IMG/VR virus record: IMGVR_UViG_3300021093_000045
Location: 1-64,000 of that record
Source of the DNA: a virus
Length of the DNA stretch: 64,000 nucleotides
Reading direction: 5' to 3' (one strand)
Within the stretch, counting starts at the first letter, position 1. Each line of letters opens with the position of its first letter. A model generated the notes under the pieces. That model made no database searches. It was given only the letters and a program-made list of their open reading frames with translations, and had not been told where the DNA came from. Made by a program: the position numbers and the translations under genes. Below, piece by piece: positions 29,521 to 39,977 of the stretch.

Positions 29521-32004
29521 ATGAGTCTTACGAACATATATAACGAAAGATATGGAACATCCGTGGCTACAAATGATAACTATGTAGCTGTTGGAAATCC
29601 GCCTACCCATGATTATAATCTAGCCGAAGGATTTTATAGACATGGTGAGGTAGTTTTAATTAAAAAAAATAACTTCAATTCAAACTATTCAGCCTCATTT
29701 AGTTTTACTAAAAGTTTGCATGGCAAAACTATCAATAGTACTAGATTTGGTGAATCTATAGATTTATCGGACTATTTTTTGGCAATAGGTAATAGCGTAC
29801 TTTCTGCTAGCGTAACATCTGGTAATTGTAATTGTGTTACGATAACAGGATCTTATGTTGACGTTTATATAATTGATTCAAACTATAATATTATAAATGG
29901 TAGTTTAATAAACGACGAAACATGTGCAGTTGAAAATTTAAATACTCAAATATACACTAATACTCCATTTATTACATTAACGGGATCAAATTCGTTTGGT
30001 ACGTCCGTTAGTATAACAAACAAATACTTAGCGGTTGGGTCTCCTAAAGAAAACAATGGCCGTGGTAAGGTTTATGTATACCAATTTTCAGCTTCTAAAT
30101 ATAAGTTGGAAGCGACTCTAACTCCAAATGTTACTCAATTTCCATCTCAATATGGATTTGGATATTCAGTATCTATTGACAAAAAATACCAAGACAAAAT
30201 TGTGATTGGAAGTAATCAGTTATCACATTCAAATGTATATTTGTATCAATCATCATCTGGTGGTTGGGGATTAAAACAATATTTCTCACAAGTTACCGGA
30301 TCACTTTCTGTTGAGAATAGTTTATTTAATTGGTACCCAGTATCTCTCAAAAATTCAAATTATGGTCGCTCAGTTTCAATACACGACAGAATAATTGTTG
30401 TTGGAGCTCCTAATGATTTAGTTTATTATGAATATTCTGGATCTACAATTCAAAGACAAAGAGGTGCTTTTTATGTATATTCAACTGATCTATGTAATTC
30501 AACGCCATCAGGTAGTTATTTGTTATTAACAAAACTATATGGTGATGAAAATACATTTAAAGATAACTTTTTGGGTTATTCAGTATCCACGAATAATAAC
30601 AATATAATTGTTGGATCACCAAAAAGGTATTTTCCATTTTCATCAGTGTTCTTATCATCATCTTTAAATTTTTACAAAAATATAGCTAATGAAAATGACT
30701 TTGGTGCATCAACGTTTTTAGGACAAGTTTTATACTACCAAGTTACAGGATCCAAGATTATAAAGATGACTAGTTATCCTATCTCAAAAAGAAAAGAAAG
30801 TGAAAATAGTCCATTCTCTGCATATGGAGCTGCTGTTTCTATATATGGAAATAATATAGCAGTTGGTTCTCCTATACCATTACTAAGAGATTATTATTTG
30901 GATGTTCCATATATAACCGAATCCGGTAGTATATCAGACCCAAATTATGTACTTACATCATCTTATTATGAAGAAGGATGTGATGTAACTTCAAGTGTTG
31001 TATATTTTCAAATAGAACAATCAGTTACAACATGCGCTGGAAATCCCATATATGTAGCATTGTGTGAGGAAACCACACCCTATACCACTATTGAAGGTAA
31101 TGCTTATGTTTATAATTTGAGCGATCTTCAAACTAATTTTAACGTAGGTAATGTATTTTATAATAATAATAGAGTTGTTATAAATAACACTGGTAGTGGT
31201 TTAAATTTGATTGGTAGAAATGCAATTGATACAAACCTGCCTTTTATCTACATGGATTACGAAAGTTTGGTTCAATTGCATGAAAAACAATATATTTGTA
31301 CGTTAGAACCTGGAGAATTTAATATTTCGACTAATCCAACTGCTATAACTGGAAGTCTTATAAATTATGGAATTGTTGATAAAGTTGCCTTTGATTTTAA
31401 TAATTTAGATTTAATCCTTAGATATATAAACTACAATATTACATCGCCCAGAAGTGAAGAGTGGTGGACGAATATGGTGTCGGGGGATACCGAAATTAGT
31501 ATATTGTCATTTTATTCAGCTTCATATGATATAAACAATCCATTTACAATTGGTGCGGGCATATTACCAGGATCAAAATATCAAGAAAATAGATTAACAT
31601 ATCCGTTGAAGTGTGTTTTGGCAACTAAGAATTTTGATGTTAATGGCGATGGTAAAGTTGATTTCCAAGATGGTATTGCAATATGGAAATACTTTATTAA
31701 TAATCTAACTTATCAGAATTACAAGAATTATATAAATCCAACTAGTAGGAGAAATACATACGATGGTTTAATTAAGTTTTTAGATACCAATACTGGTAAA
31801 GGTAATAAGAATTATATTAAACCAGAATTTTTTGAGTTCTCATATAGTTCTTCAATAGATCCAACAGGATCTTATTTGGCTCCTTATATAACACAAGTAG
31901 GTTTGTATAATGGTGCTGATTTAGTAGCTATTGCTAAACTCGCTCAGCCAATTAAAAATTCTGGACAATTACCTATTAATATTGCTGTTAAATGGGATAC
32001 TTAA
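29521..32004 (+). CDS. baseplate-family protein with FG-GAP beta-propeller, dockerin/EF-hand-like loop and tail-collar-like C-terminus
   Basis: Repeated (F/Y)G.SV.I....(V/I)G(A/S)P blades; DVNGDGKVDFQD; PYITQVGLYN...LVAIAKLAQPI. Confidence 0.85.
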   Translation: MSLTNIYNERYGTSVATNDNYVAVGNPPTHDYNLAEGFYRHGEVVLIKKNNFNSNYSASFSFTKSLHGKTINSTRFGESIDLSDYFLAIGNSVLSASVTSGNCNCVTITGSYVDVYIIDSNYNIINGSLINDETCAVENLNTQIYTNTPFITLTGSNSFGTSVSITNKYLAVGSPKENNGRGKVYVYQFSASKYKLEATLTPNVTQFPSQYGFGYSVSIDKKYQDKIVIGSNQLSHSNVYLYQSSSGGWGLKQYFSQVTGSLSVENSLFNWYPVSLKNSNYGRSVSIHDRIIVVGAPNDLVYYEYSGSTIQRQRGAFYVYSTDLCNSTPSGSYLLLTKLYGDENTFKDNFLGYSVSTNNNNIIVGSPKRYFPFSSVFLSSSLNFYKNIANENDFGASTFLGQVLYYQVTGSKIIKMTSYPISKRKESENSPFSAYGAAVSIYGNNIAVGSPIPLLRDYYLDVPYITESGSISDPNYVLTSSYYEEGCDVTSSVVYFQIEQSVTTCAGNPIYVALCEETTPYTTIEGNAYVYNLSDLQTNFNVGNVFYNNNRVVINNTGSGLNLIGRNAIDTNLPFIYMDYESLVQLHEKQYICTLEPGEFNISTNPTAITGSLINYGIVDKVAFDFNNLDLILRYINYNITSPRSEEWWTNMVSGDTEISILSFYSASYDINNPFTIGAGILPGSKYQENRLTYPLKCVLATKNFDVNGDGKVDFQDGIAIWKYFINNLTYQNYKNYINPTSRRNTYDGLIKFLDTNTGKGNKNYIKPEFFEFSYSSSIDPTGSYLAPYITQVGLYNGADLVAIAKLAQPIKNSGQLPINIAVKWDT

Positions 32005-32036
32005 CAATATTTATTATTATAATAAGGACATAACAT

Positions 32037-32351
32037 ATGGCAACATCATCTGATAGTAAGACAATTGATCGTGAATCCAACAAAATTAGCTTGGCTGATA
32101 GATATAGTACCCAAAAGGCTGGTGGTGCGTTTAATGTAAAGCAAAATGTTAAGACCGATGGATCCAATGAAATTTCTTTGGGAGGTAGTACATTTGATAC
32201 AAAATACACCACGACTAAAGGTTTTAAAATTAAAATGGCCCAAGGTAAGACAGAATTTAAAGATGCTAGCGGAGAAAAATCATTACAACAATCTATTTAT
32301 TTAAAAGGCTTTACAAACACAAAATATGGTAATGCTCAGATAAATCGTTGA
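32037..32351 (+). CDS. hypothetical protein
   Basis: 104-aa ORF with aagga RBS and TATTTATT upstream. Confidence 0.75.
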   Translation: MATSSDSKTIDRESNKISLADRYSTQKAGGAFNVKQNVKTDGSNEISLGGSTFDTKYTTTKGFKIKMAQGKTEFKDASGEKSLQQSIYLKGFTNTKYGNAQINR

Positions 32352-32363
32352 TATGTATTGTAA

Positions 32364-32876
32364 ATGGTTATATTAGGATTAGATTCATCTACATCCGTTA
32401 CAGGATGGGCATTTAGTGATAATTGCGTTATTATTGATGCTGGTTTTATTGATACAAAAAAGTTTGAAACCACAAAAGAAAAGACATATCACGTAATAAG
32501 TGTATTAGAGAAGAATAAGTTAATAAAATCTGTTGAATATATTAACTTAGAAGCAGCTCTTAGTGGATATGCCGGCGGATTCACCAGTCAACAAACAATC
32601 ATAACTTTAGCTAGACATAACGCCGTTTTTGCGTATATAATTGAACAACACTTCAAGTTAAAAGTAAATCTTCTTTCTGTTAATACTATGCGTAAACAAT
32701 TGTTTGGTAAATGTAGAATCAAGGGAGTTAAATCTAAAGATTTTGTCAAAGTGGAATTGGAACGACTTATTCCAGATATTACAAAATTTGTAATGTTAAA
32801 TAAAAAGGGCAACTGGGATGAGAAAAATGGTGACATGTATGATAGCATCGTTTGCGCTCTATATAAAAAAACTTGA
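32364..32876 (+). CDS. RuvC-like Holliday junction resolvase
   Basis: ILGLDSSTSVTGWA strand, INLE and C-terminal DMYDSI acidic residues. Confidence 0.85.
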   Translation: MVILGLDSSTSVTGWAFSDNCVIIDAGFIDTKKFETTKEKTYHVISVLEKNKLIKSVEYINLEAALSGYAGGFTSQQTIITLARHNAVFAYIIEQHFKLKVNLLSVNTMRKQLFGKCRIKGVKSKDFVKVELERLIPDITKFVMLNKKGNWDEKNGDMYDSIVCALYKKT

Positions 32877-32914
32877 AGTTTGAAAAATAAATCATATCAT
32901 TCGAATGACGTGTT

Positions 32915-33829
32915 ATGATAGAAATTTCGGTAATAGATACACTTACAAAGTTATTTAAGCATAAACCATCAATTCAAAAGGGTGGTAACGAAGTATTATT
33001 TTTCTGTCCTAATTGTAAACACTATAAAAGAAAGTTAAATATCAATACCAATACTGGTTTTTATCACTGTTGGGTCTGTAATTTTAGTGGTAAGAGTTTT
33101 GGCACTCTTCTAAAAAAGATTGGAGCACCAAAAGAATATTTTGATCTTCTCTGTAAACATAAAATCAAGATTGACCTCAACAAAAAGTCAGAGATTAAAT
33201 TAATGTTACCAGATGGGTTTAAACCTTTATACAAACCAAGCGATAATATTGAGTATAAACACGCATTATCTTATTGCTTCAAACGTGGTTTATCTATCTA
33301 TGAAATCGTAAGATACAATATTGGATATTGTACTTCTGGTGAATTTAGAAATAGAATTATTGTACCATCTTATGATGCATATGGCAATTTAAATTTTTAT
33401 TGTGGTAGAGATTTTTGTGATGGAAGGATGAAATATCGATTATGTGAATCGACAAAAGATATTGTCGGATTTGAATTGTTTACAGATTTCAGTAAACCAA
33501 TCACTTTAGTAGAAGGTGTGTTTGATGCGTTTGCAGTCAAATACAACGTGGTACCATTGTTTGGCAAGACTTTATCCAATAAGTTAAAAATGAAATTACT
33601 TACTAATAAACCACCAAGGGTAAATGTATTGCTGGACAATGATGCTTTAAACTCAAGTTTCAGAATATGTGAATTTTTAATTCAAAATAATATAAACACA
33701 TATTTGGTTAGATTAGACGAAAAAGATCCAAATGAAATTGGCCATAAAAAAACTTGGAAAATAATCGATAGCTGTGATAAACTAACAGAGAGTGACTTTT
33801 ATAGCTTAAAGATCAAAAATATATTATGA
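32915..33829 (+). CDS. DNA primase (DnaG-type)
   Basis: Zn finger CPNC...HCWVC, RIIVP, TOPRIM VEGVFDA and LDND. Confidence 0.92.
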   Translation: MIEISVIDTLTKLFKHKPSIQKGGNEVLFFCPNCKHYKRKLNINTNTGFYHCWVCNFSGKSFGTLLKKIGAPKEYFDLLCKHKIKIDLNKKSEIKLMLPDGFKPLYKPSDNIEYKHALSYCFKRGLSIYEIVRYNIGYCTSGEFRNRIIVPSYDAYGNLNFYCGRDFCDGRMKYRLCESTKDIVGFELFTDFSKPITLVEGVFDAFAVKYNVVPLFGKTLSNKLKMKLLTNKPPRVNVLLDNDALNSSFRICEFLIQNNINTYLVRLDEKDPNEIGHKKTWKIIDSCDKLTESDFYSLKIKNIL

Positions 33830-36800
33830 TAGTATTAAAAAACACAGATCAAAAAGTAGATAATATAGTGCATATTGCAGATATTCATATTCGCTTAACT
33901 AAGCGGCACGAAGAATATACTTCTGTTTTTGAAAAATTTTATTTATCTCTTGACAAACTTAATAGTGTTGCAAAACCTGTGTTGGTTATTGCTGGCGATG
34001 TATTTCATAATAAATCAGATTTGAGTCCAGAATGTGTTAAAATTGGAAGTGACTTTCTAAAGTACTGCGCAGATCGTGTTCCAACGATTTTAACCGCTGG
34101 AAATCACGATGCTACATTAGCAAATAAATCACGTTTGGATTGTTTGACTCCAATCGTAGAAGCACTTAATCATGATAATCTATATTATCTAAAAAACACA
34201 GACATATATCGTTATGAAAACATTCTATTTAATAACTTTAGTGTGTTTGATGATGTCGAGAAGTATATAAAGTATCAAAATATTCCAACAAAACATAAGA
34301 ATGAAACAGATCATCATATAGCTTTGTTTCATGGACCAGTAAATAACGCTATAACTGACGTTGGGTATACTGTTAGTAGTAGATCTATAACCAATCAACT
34401 ATTTGATGGTCATCATATTGCAATGTTGGGTGATATCCACAAACATCAAATTCTACAAGAGTATGATGAAATGGAAATTAAACCGCTTATAGTATATGCT
34501 GGATCTATGATTCAACAGAATCATGGTGAAGACATTAAAGGACATGGGTTTTTATTGTGGGATTTGAAACGTAGAGTGTTTAAACATTATGATTTACAAA
34601 ACAATTACGGATTTTATACCATTGAAATTAACAAGGGTAAGTTAGTAACTGATATCAGTGATATTCCAAAGAAGGCTAGAATTAGAACCTTGTGTTATGA
34701 ATCGATTCCATCACAAGTTAAAGAGGTCATGAATGACTTGAAGGAAAAGTGTGACATCATTGAAAGTACCTTTATTAGAAAAGATGATCAGATAATGGAT
34801 ATGACCTTAAAGTCAGGTCAAATATTTGATATTCATAACATCTTTAATGTAGATTATCAAAACAAACTTATTGAAGATAATCTTATCGCAAAGAAAATTG
34901 ATAAGAATTTGATTGAAAAAATAAAATCACTAAATAAATCTCTTAATGGTGAAATTTCAAAGGATAAGACTCCAAAAAATATTCGATGGAAACCAAAGAC
35001 TTTTGAATTTGATAATATGTTTAGTTATGGTGAAAACAATTATATTGATTTTACCAAGCTTAAGGGTGCAATTGGGTTATTTGCACCAAACGCGAGTGGT
35101 AAATCTAGCATCATGGATGCTCTAGCATTTTGTGTGTTTGATAAATTCAGTAAGGGATTTAAAGCAAGTCATGTATTGAACACCCAGAAAATGGGTTTCA
35201 AGTGTAAATTTAATTTTGAGGTAAATGGCGTTGATTATTATATTGAACGTGAAGGTAAGGCTGATAAAAAAGGTACCATAAAAGTCGATGTTAAGTTTTA
35301 TAAGAAAGAGAATGGAACAGAAGTGCCTCTAAATGGAGAAGCTCGTCGTAGTACAAATGATATTATACGTGATTATGTTGGCACATATGACGATTTTATT
35401 CTAACAGTATTAAGTATTCAAAATAGTAAGGCTGGATCGTTTATTGATCTTGGACAGACTGAACGTAAAGATTTGTTGTGCCAATTCATGGGATTGACTA
35501 TCTTTGATCAGCTATATACAATCGCTAATGATCGTTTCAAAGAGACCAATACACTTCTAAAAAATATTAGCAAGGACCAACTTGTAGAGTCTCTACAAAG
35601 CATATCTGGAAGTATTGATTCAAATAATAAACTTATTGAACAATATAATATTAATATTAAGGATTTGGATCAAAAACGAGAAGAATCTAATAACAAATTA
35701 CTAGAGTTATCTAATAATGTCATTAAAACTACATCATTTGATTTTGATATAGTAGAACTTGAATCAGAAAAGTCCGCATTAGACAATAAGATTTCAACAT
35801 CTGAATCAGATATTGCAGAAAAGAAAAACAAATTATCAGATGTTGAAAGTAATTTGTCAATATTAACTTCTTCTTTAAAGAGTTGCGATAATATAGAATC
35901 TGATTATGATCAATATAAAATTTTAAAGGATACGGAATCTAAAAAGTCAGCTGAAATTGATAAACTCAAGTTGATTGTAAAAAATAAAATTGATAAATTG
36001 AAGAAACTTGAAGATCACAAATACGATCCTAATTGTATTTATTGCGTAAACAATGTTTTTGTAAAAGATGCTATTAAAACTAAGGAAGAGATTGAACTTG
36101 ATAAGAATAAGGGTAAAACTTTAGTTGATGAATATAATAACATTAAGACAAAAATGGATTCATTTGGAGATATTGATATTCGTTATAAAGAATGTCAAAA
36201 ACTCAATAATGAAAAAATCAAACTAGAAAAAAGCAAAGAAGTATTGTCTACCTCGATATTGAGAGATGAAAATTTGACGATTATGTTGAAAAATAATTTA
36301 AAAGAAGTCAATCAAAAAATTGAAACCTTTTACAAAAATAAAGATATTATTGAAAACAATAGTAAATTGGTCACGGAAATCGAATCAGTAAAGTTGTTGG
36401 TTAAAAATTATGAATCTCAGATTAAAACATTAAATAACAAATTATTTACTACATCTGGAGAAAAGGGTAGATTAGAACTACAATATAAAAATACAACCGA
36501 CCAGTTCTACAAGGTAAAAGAACTAGAAGATTCTTATGAAGCTTATAAATTCTATACCAATATTATCAGTCGTGATGGTATTCCATATGAAATTATTACC
36601 AAGACTCTACCTGAAATTGAGAAGGAAGTTAATAATATTCTTCATCAGTTAGTAGAATTTAGTGTATCATTGCAAACTGATGGTAAAAATATTAGTACCA
36701 ATATCGTTTATGATGATAGACAATGGCCTCTTGAAATGGCAAGTGGTATGGAAAAATTTGTAAGTGGACTTGCAATCAGAGTAGCTTTGATTAATATTAG

Positions 36801-37014
36801 TAATCTACCAAGACCAAACATTATTTGTATCGACGAAGGATTCGGATGTGCTGACAGCGATCATTTGGGTCAGATGGGTGCTTTATTTAATTACTTGAAA
36901 CATCAATTCGATTTTATTTGGGTAATCAGTCACTTGGATCAGATGCGTGATATGGTTGATAGCCAAATTGAAATAAAAAAAGAAAATGGGTTTAGTAAAG
37001 TAGTATATAAATAA
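33826..37014 (+). CDS. fused Mre11/SbcD nuclease - Rad50/SbcC ATPase (gp47-gp46)
   Basis: HIADIH, AGD, GNHD, LGDIHKHQ; Walker A APNASGKS; coiled coil with CIYC hook; ASGME, IDEG, ISH. Confidence 0.93.
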   Translation: MIVLKNTDQKVDNIVHIADIHIRLTKRHEEYTSVFEKFYLSLDKLNSVAKPVLVIAGDVFHNKSDLSPECVKIGSDFLKYCADRVPTILTAGNHDATLANKSRLDCLTPIVEALNHDNLYYLKNTDIYRYENILFNNFSVFDDVEKYIKYQNIPTKHKNETDHHIALFHGPVNNAITDVGYTVSSRSITNQLFDGHHIAMLGDIHKHQILQEYDEMEIKPLIVYAGSMIQQNHGEDIKGHGFLLWDLKRRVFKHYDLQNNYGFYTIEINKGKLVTDISDIPKKARIRTLCYESIPSQVKEVMNDLKEKCDIIESTFIRKDDQIMDMTLKSGQIFDIHNIFNVDYQNKLIEDNLIAKKIDKNLIEKIKSLNKSLNGEISKDKTPKNIRWKPKTFEFDNMFSYGENNYIDFTKLKGAIGLFAPNASGKSSIMDALAFCVFDKFSKGFKASHVLNTQKMGFKCKFNFEVNGVDYYIEREGKADKKGTIKVDVKFYKKENGTEVPLNGEARRSTNDIIRDYVGTYDDFILTVLSIQNSKAGSFIDLGQTERKDLLCQFMGLTIFDQLYTIANDRFKETNTLLKNISKDQLVESLQSISGSIDSNNKLIEQYNINIKDLDQKREESNNKLLELSNNVIKTTSFDFDIVELESEKSALDNKISTSESDIAEKKNKLSDVESNLSILTSSLKSCDNIESDYDQYKILKDTESKKSAEIDKLKLIVKNKIDKLKKLEDHKYDPNCIYCVNNVFVKDAIKTKEEIELDKNKGKTLVDEYNNIKTKMDSFGDIDIRYKECQKLNNEKIKLEKSKEVLSTSILRDENLTIMLKNNLKEVNQKIETFYKNKDIIENNSKLVTEIESVKLLVKNYESQIKTLNNKLFTTSGEKGRLELQYKNTTDQFYKVKELEDSYEAYKFYTNIISRDGIPYEIITKTLPEIEKEVNNILHQLVEFSVSLQTDGKNISTNIVYDDRQWPLEMASGMEKFVSGLAIRVALINISNLPRPNIICIDEGFGCADSDHLGQMGALFNYLKHQFDFIWVISHLDQMRDMVDSQIEIKKENGFSKVVYK

Positions 37015-37015
37015 T

Positions 37016-37981
37016 ATGGAAATATCAGATTCTCTCATTATTGGTGATGTAAACTTAAGTTTCACAATTAACCAAAATGGAGAGTGTCATTTTCATAAAA
37101 ATTTTGATACATCTGTTAATTTTTTTGTCATACTTAAAAGTATTGATACAAATTTAACTAACAACTTGCTTCATGTTCAAATGGGCCCCAATCATAATGT
37201 ATGGAGTTATAGTTGGCCCATAAATATAACAAAGTTGGAATGTCATCCCGGTATCATCATGGAGTTTTTTAATGAAAACTCTAAACCAATTTGTACCAAA
37301 TACTATAGATTTAAAAATACTGGATTAAATATAAAGTTGAAATCTAATGATATTGATATAACGTATCCGCCATATCAAACATTTTTCTACGATGAATCTT
37401 TTAAAAAACTCTGTAATGTTAAAGATGGTGATGTAGTCTACGATTTGGGTGCTAACATAGGCGCTTTTTCTTTAATGTGTTCAAACTATGATACTAAAAA
37501 CATATATGCATTCGAACCAAACCCATTGATATATGATTATCTAAAGTATAATTGTGATGTATATGGTAAAAATGTATCTACATATAAAAAAGCCATTTAT
37601 AAAACATTTGAATCACTAAATTTTGGTAATCTAGAGGGTGGATTAAGTCAAGGATCAGTTGCATGTTCTATCATAAATAAAGATAAAAATTTATGTTCTG
37701 TTGACGGCATTCATCTTGAAGTGTTTGCTAAAGTTAATAATCTCCAGTACCCAACATATCTTAAAGTGGATATTGAAGGCGCTGAGTATGACTTTTTTGA
37801 ATCAACGTCCGATGATTTTATTAAAAATTGTCATACTATCTTTTTAGAATTTCATAATAAAGACGAAAGACTCAACATGTTAATATCTAGATTGACCAAT
37901 TTAAATTATAAAATGTATTTTTTGACCGACAAAGATTATGTATTGTCTCAGAATATGGGTACTATATTCTTCATTAAGTGA
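37016..37981 (+). CDS. FkbM-family SAM-dependent methyltransferase
   Basis: VVYDLGANIGAFS, YAFEPNP, LKVDIEGAE, LEFH. Confidence 0.93.
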   Translation: MEISDSLIIGDVNLSFTINQNGECHFHKNFDTSVNFFVILKSIDTNLTNNLLHVQMGPNHNVWSYSWPINITKLECHPGIIMEFFNENSKPICTKYYRFKNTGLNIKLKSNDIDITYPPYQTFFYDESFKKLCNVKDGDVVYDLGANIGAFSLMCSNYDTKNIYAFEPNPLIYDYLKYNCDVYGKNVSTYKKAIYKTFESLNFGNLEGGLSQGSVACSIINKDKNLCSVDGIHLEVFAKVNNLQYPTYLKVDIEGAEYDFFESTSDDFIKNCHTIFLEFHNKDERLNMLISRLTNLNYKMYFLTDKDYVLSQNMGTIFFIK

Positions 37982-39975
37982 ATATGAAAAAATTGTTATT
38001 TATCGCTCCACATTTGTCCACCGGTGGTCTTCCTCAATTTCTTTTAAAGAAGATAAAGTGTCTGATTGATATATACGACGTATATTGTATTGAATATGCG
38101 GACGTAACAGGTGGAAAGTTTATCGTACAACGAGACCAGATTAAAAATATATGTAAAAACAAGTTTTATACTTTATATGATAACAAGGAAGATATCATAA
38201 ATTTGATAAGTAAAATAAAACCGAATATTATTCACTTTGAAGAAATGCCTGAGTATTTTATGGATCTATCTATATCATCCAGAATTTATGATAAAGATCG
38301 AAACTATTTTATAGTAGAAACATCACACGATAGTAGTTTTAATTCAGATAATAAGAGAGTTTTGCCTGATCAATTTTTGTTTGTAAGTAACTTCCAGAAA
38401 CAAAATGTTAAAAAATTACCTGTTAAATCGGATGTTATTGAATATCCAGTTGAAGTAAGAACTCGTAAGAATCGTAATGATGGATTAAAAGAATTGGGTT
38501 TAGATCCTAGTAAAAAACATGTTATGCATGTAGGTCTATTCACACCAAGAAAAAATCAAAAAGAGTTTATCGAATATGCACGTGCGATGGAAAATGAAAA
38601 TGTTCAGTTTCATTGTATTGGTAATATGGCCGATAACTTTAGATCATATTGGGAACCATTATTAAATGATTTACCTAAAAATGTAAAGGTTTGGGGTGAA
38701 CGAAAAGACGTACATAATTTTTATAGTTGTATGGATTTATTTTTGTTTACAAGTCGTGGTCATGCAAACGATAAAGAAACCGCGCCAATTGTAATTAAAG
38801 AAGCTATTTCATATAATATACCAAGTTTGTTTTATAATCTACCAGTCTATTTGAATAGATATTCATGTTATGATAATATTTCTTATCTTGATGAATCTAG
38901 TTTTAATAATAATGTAGATTTGATTCGTAATAAATTGATAGGCGTTAAAACAAGTGAACGAGTTGATGATAAAGAATTTATTGCGGTTATTTCTACACAT
39001 CCAAATTATAAGATAGTAGAAGATACTACAATAAAAGCCATTCAACAGATTCAGAAGGCAGGGTATAAAGTAATATTAACATCACATTATCCAGTCAGTC
39101 AAGAGTTACAATCGTTGGTGGATTATTGTATATATGATAAAAACAATCCGTCTATAATACACAATTTTTATGCGAATTGGTCGTTGGTTAATCAATATCA
39201 CGATATAAGAGTACACTTACCATCATGTGGTGCGAACATATATCATGGGTTGGGTGTCGCATTAAATTATTACAATGGTATATCACTCGCAAATAAATTG
39301 GGATACAAGAATGTATTTGCTTTTAACTACGATGTGGTTGTAAACGAAAAAGATTTTAATAAATTAGATTTTATTAAGAATTTATTGAAGACCAAGAAAG
39401 GTTTCTTTTTCTATGATAAAGCACTTGAAGGAGATACAATCAAAACGGTATTTCATGCTATTAACACGGATTTTTATCTGGATCATTTTGAGTATTTCAC
39501 ACCTATATCATATGAGATGTTTGTTAAAGAGAAGAATATATCAAATGGTTTAGAACAATTCTATTATAACAGAGTGTTGGATCATAAAAAAGATCTATAC
39601 ATAGATACTAACAACAACGAAGAGTCATTCTTTAGTAATAGTGAAATCAATATGTTTTCTATGTGTGAATATTTGTCAGTTTTGCCAATGACTAATACTT
39701 CTAAGTTTGTTTGTTTGAGTAGTTTCAATAACAAAATAGATAAAAAATACAATAGAATATCTGTTTACAAGAATGATGTGTTGATACGAGAATCACAAAA
39801 TGAAATACAAACCAAAGGTTGGTGGCATATTGAGGTTGATTTTGAACCAAACAACGTGTATAAAGTAGTAAACGCTTTGTACGACTCTGAAAACAAAAAC
39901 ATGGTAAAAGAAGTAGTACAGGTGTTTTCTAAACTAGAGGATTTGCAGAATAACGGACATTTCACAGCTAAATAA
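37978..39975 (+). CDS. GT4-like (GT-B) glycosyltransferase with additional C-terminal domain
   Basis: PHLSTGG, VG.F..RKNQ, G.RKDV..FY...DLFLFTS...ETAPIVIKEA (E-x7-E). Confidence 0.88.
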   Translation: MNMKKLLFIAPHLSTGGLPQFLLKKIKCLIDIYDVYCIEYADVTGGKFIVQRDQIKNICKNKFYTLYDNKEDIINLISKIKPNIIHFEEMPEYFMDLSISSRIYDKDRNYFIVETSHDSSFNSDNKRVLPDQFLFVSNFQKQNVKKLPVKSDVIEYPVEVRTRKNRNDGLKELGLDPSKKHVMHVGLFTPRKNQKEFIEYARAMENENVQFHCIGNMADNFRSYWEPLLNDLPKNVKVWGERKDVHNFYSCMDLFLFTSRGHANDKETAPIVIKEAISYNIPSLFYNLPVYLNRYSCYDNISYLDESSFNNNVDLIRNKLIGVKTSERVDDKEFIAVISTHPNYKIVEDTTIKAIQQIQKAGYKVILTSHYPVSQELQSLVDYCIYDKNNPSIIHNFYANWSLVNQYHDIRVHLPSCGANIYHGLGVALNYYNGISLANKLGYKNVFAFNYDVVVNEKDFNKLDFIKNLLKTKKGFFFYDKALEGDTIKTVFHAINTDFYLDHFEYFTPISYEMFVKEKNISNGLEQFYYNRVLDHKKDLYIDTNNNEESFFSNSEINMFSMCEYLSVLPMTNTSKFVCLSSFNNKIDKKYNRISVYKNDVLIRESQNEIQTKGWWHIEVDFEPNNVYKVVNALYDSENKNMVKEVVQVFSKLEDLQNNGHFTAK

Positions 39976-39977
39976 TC

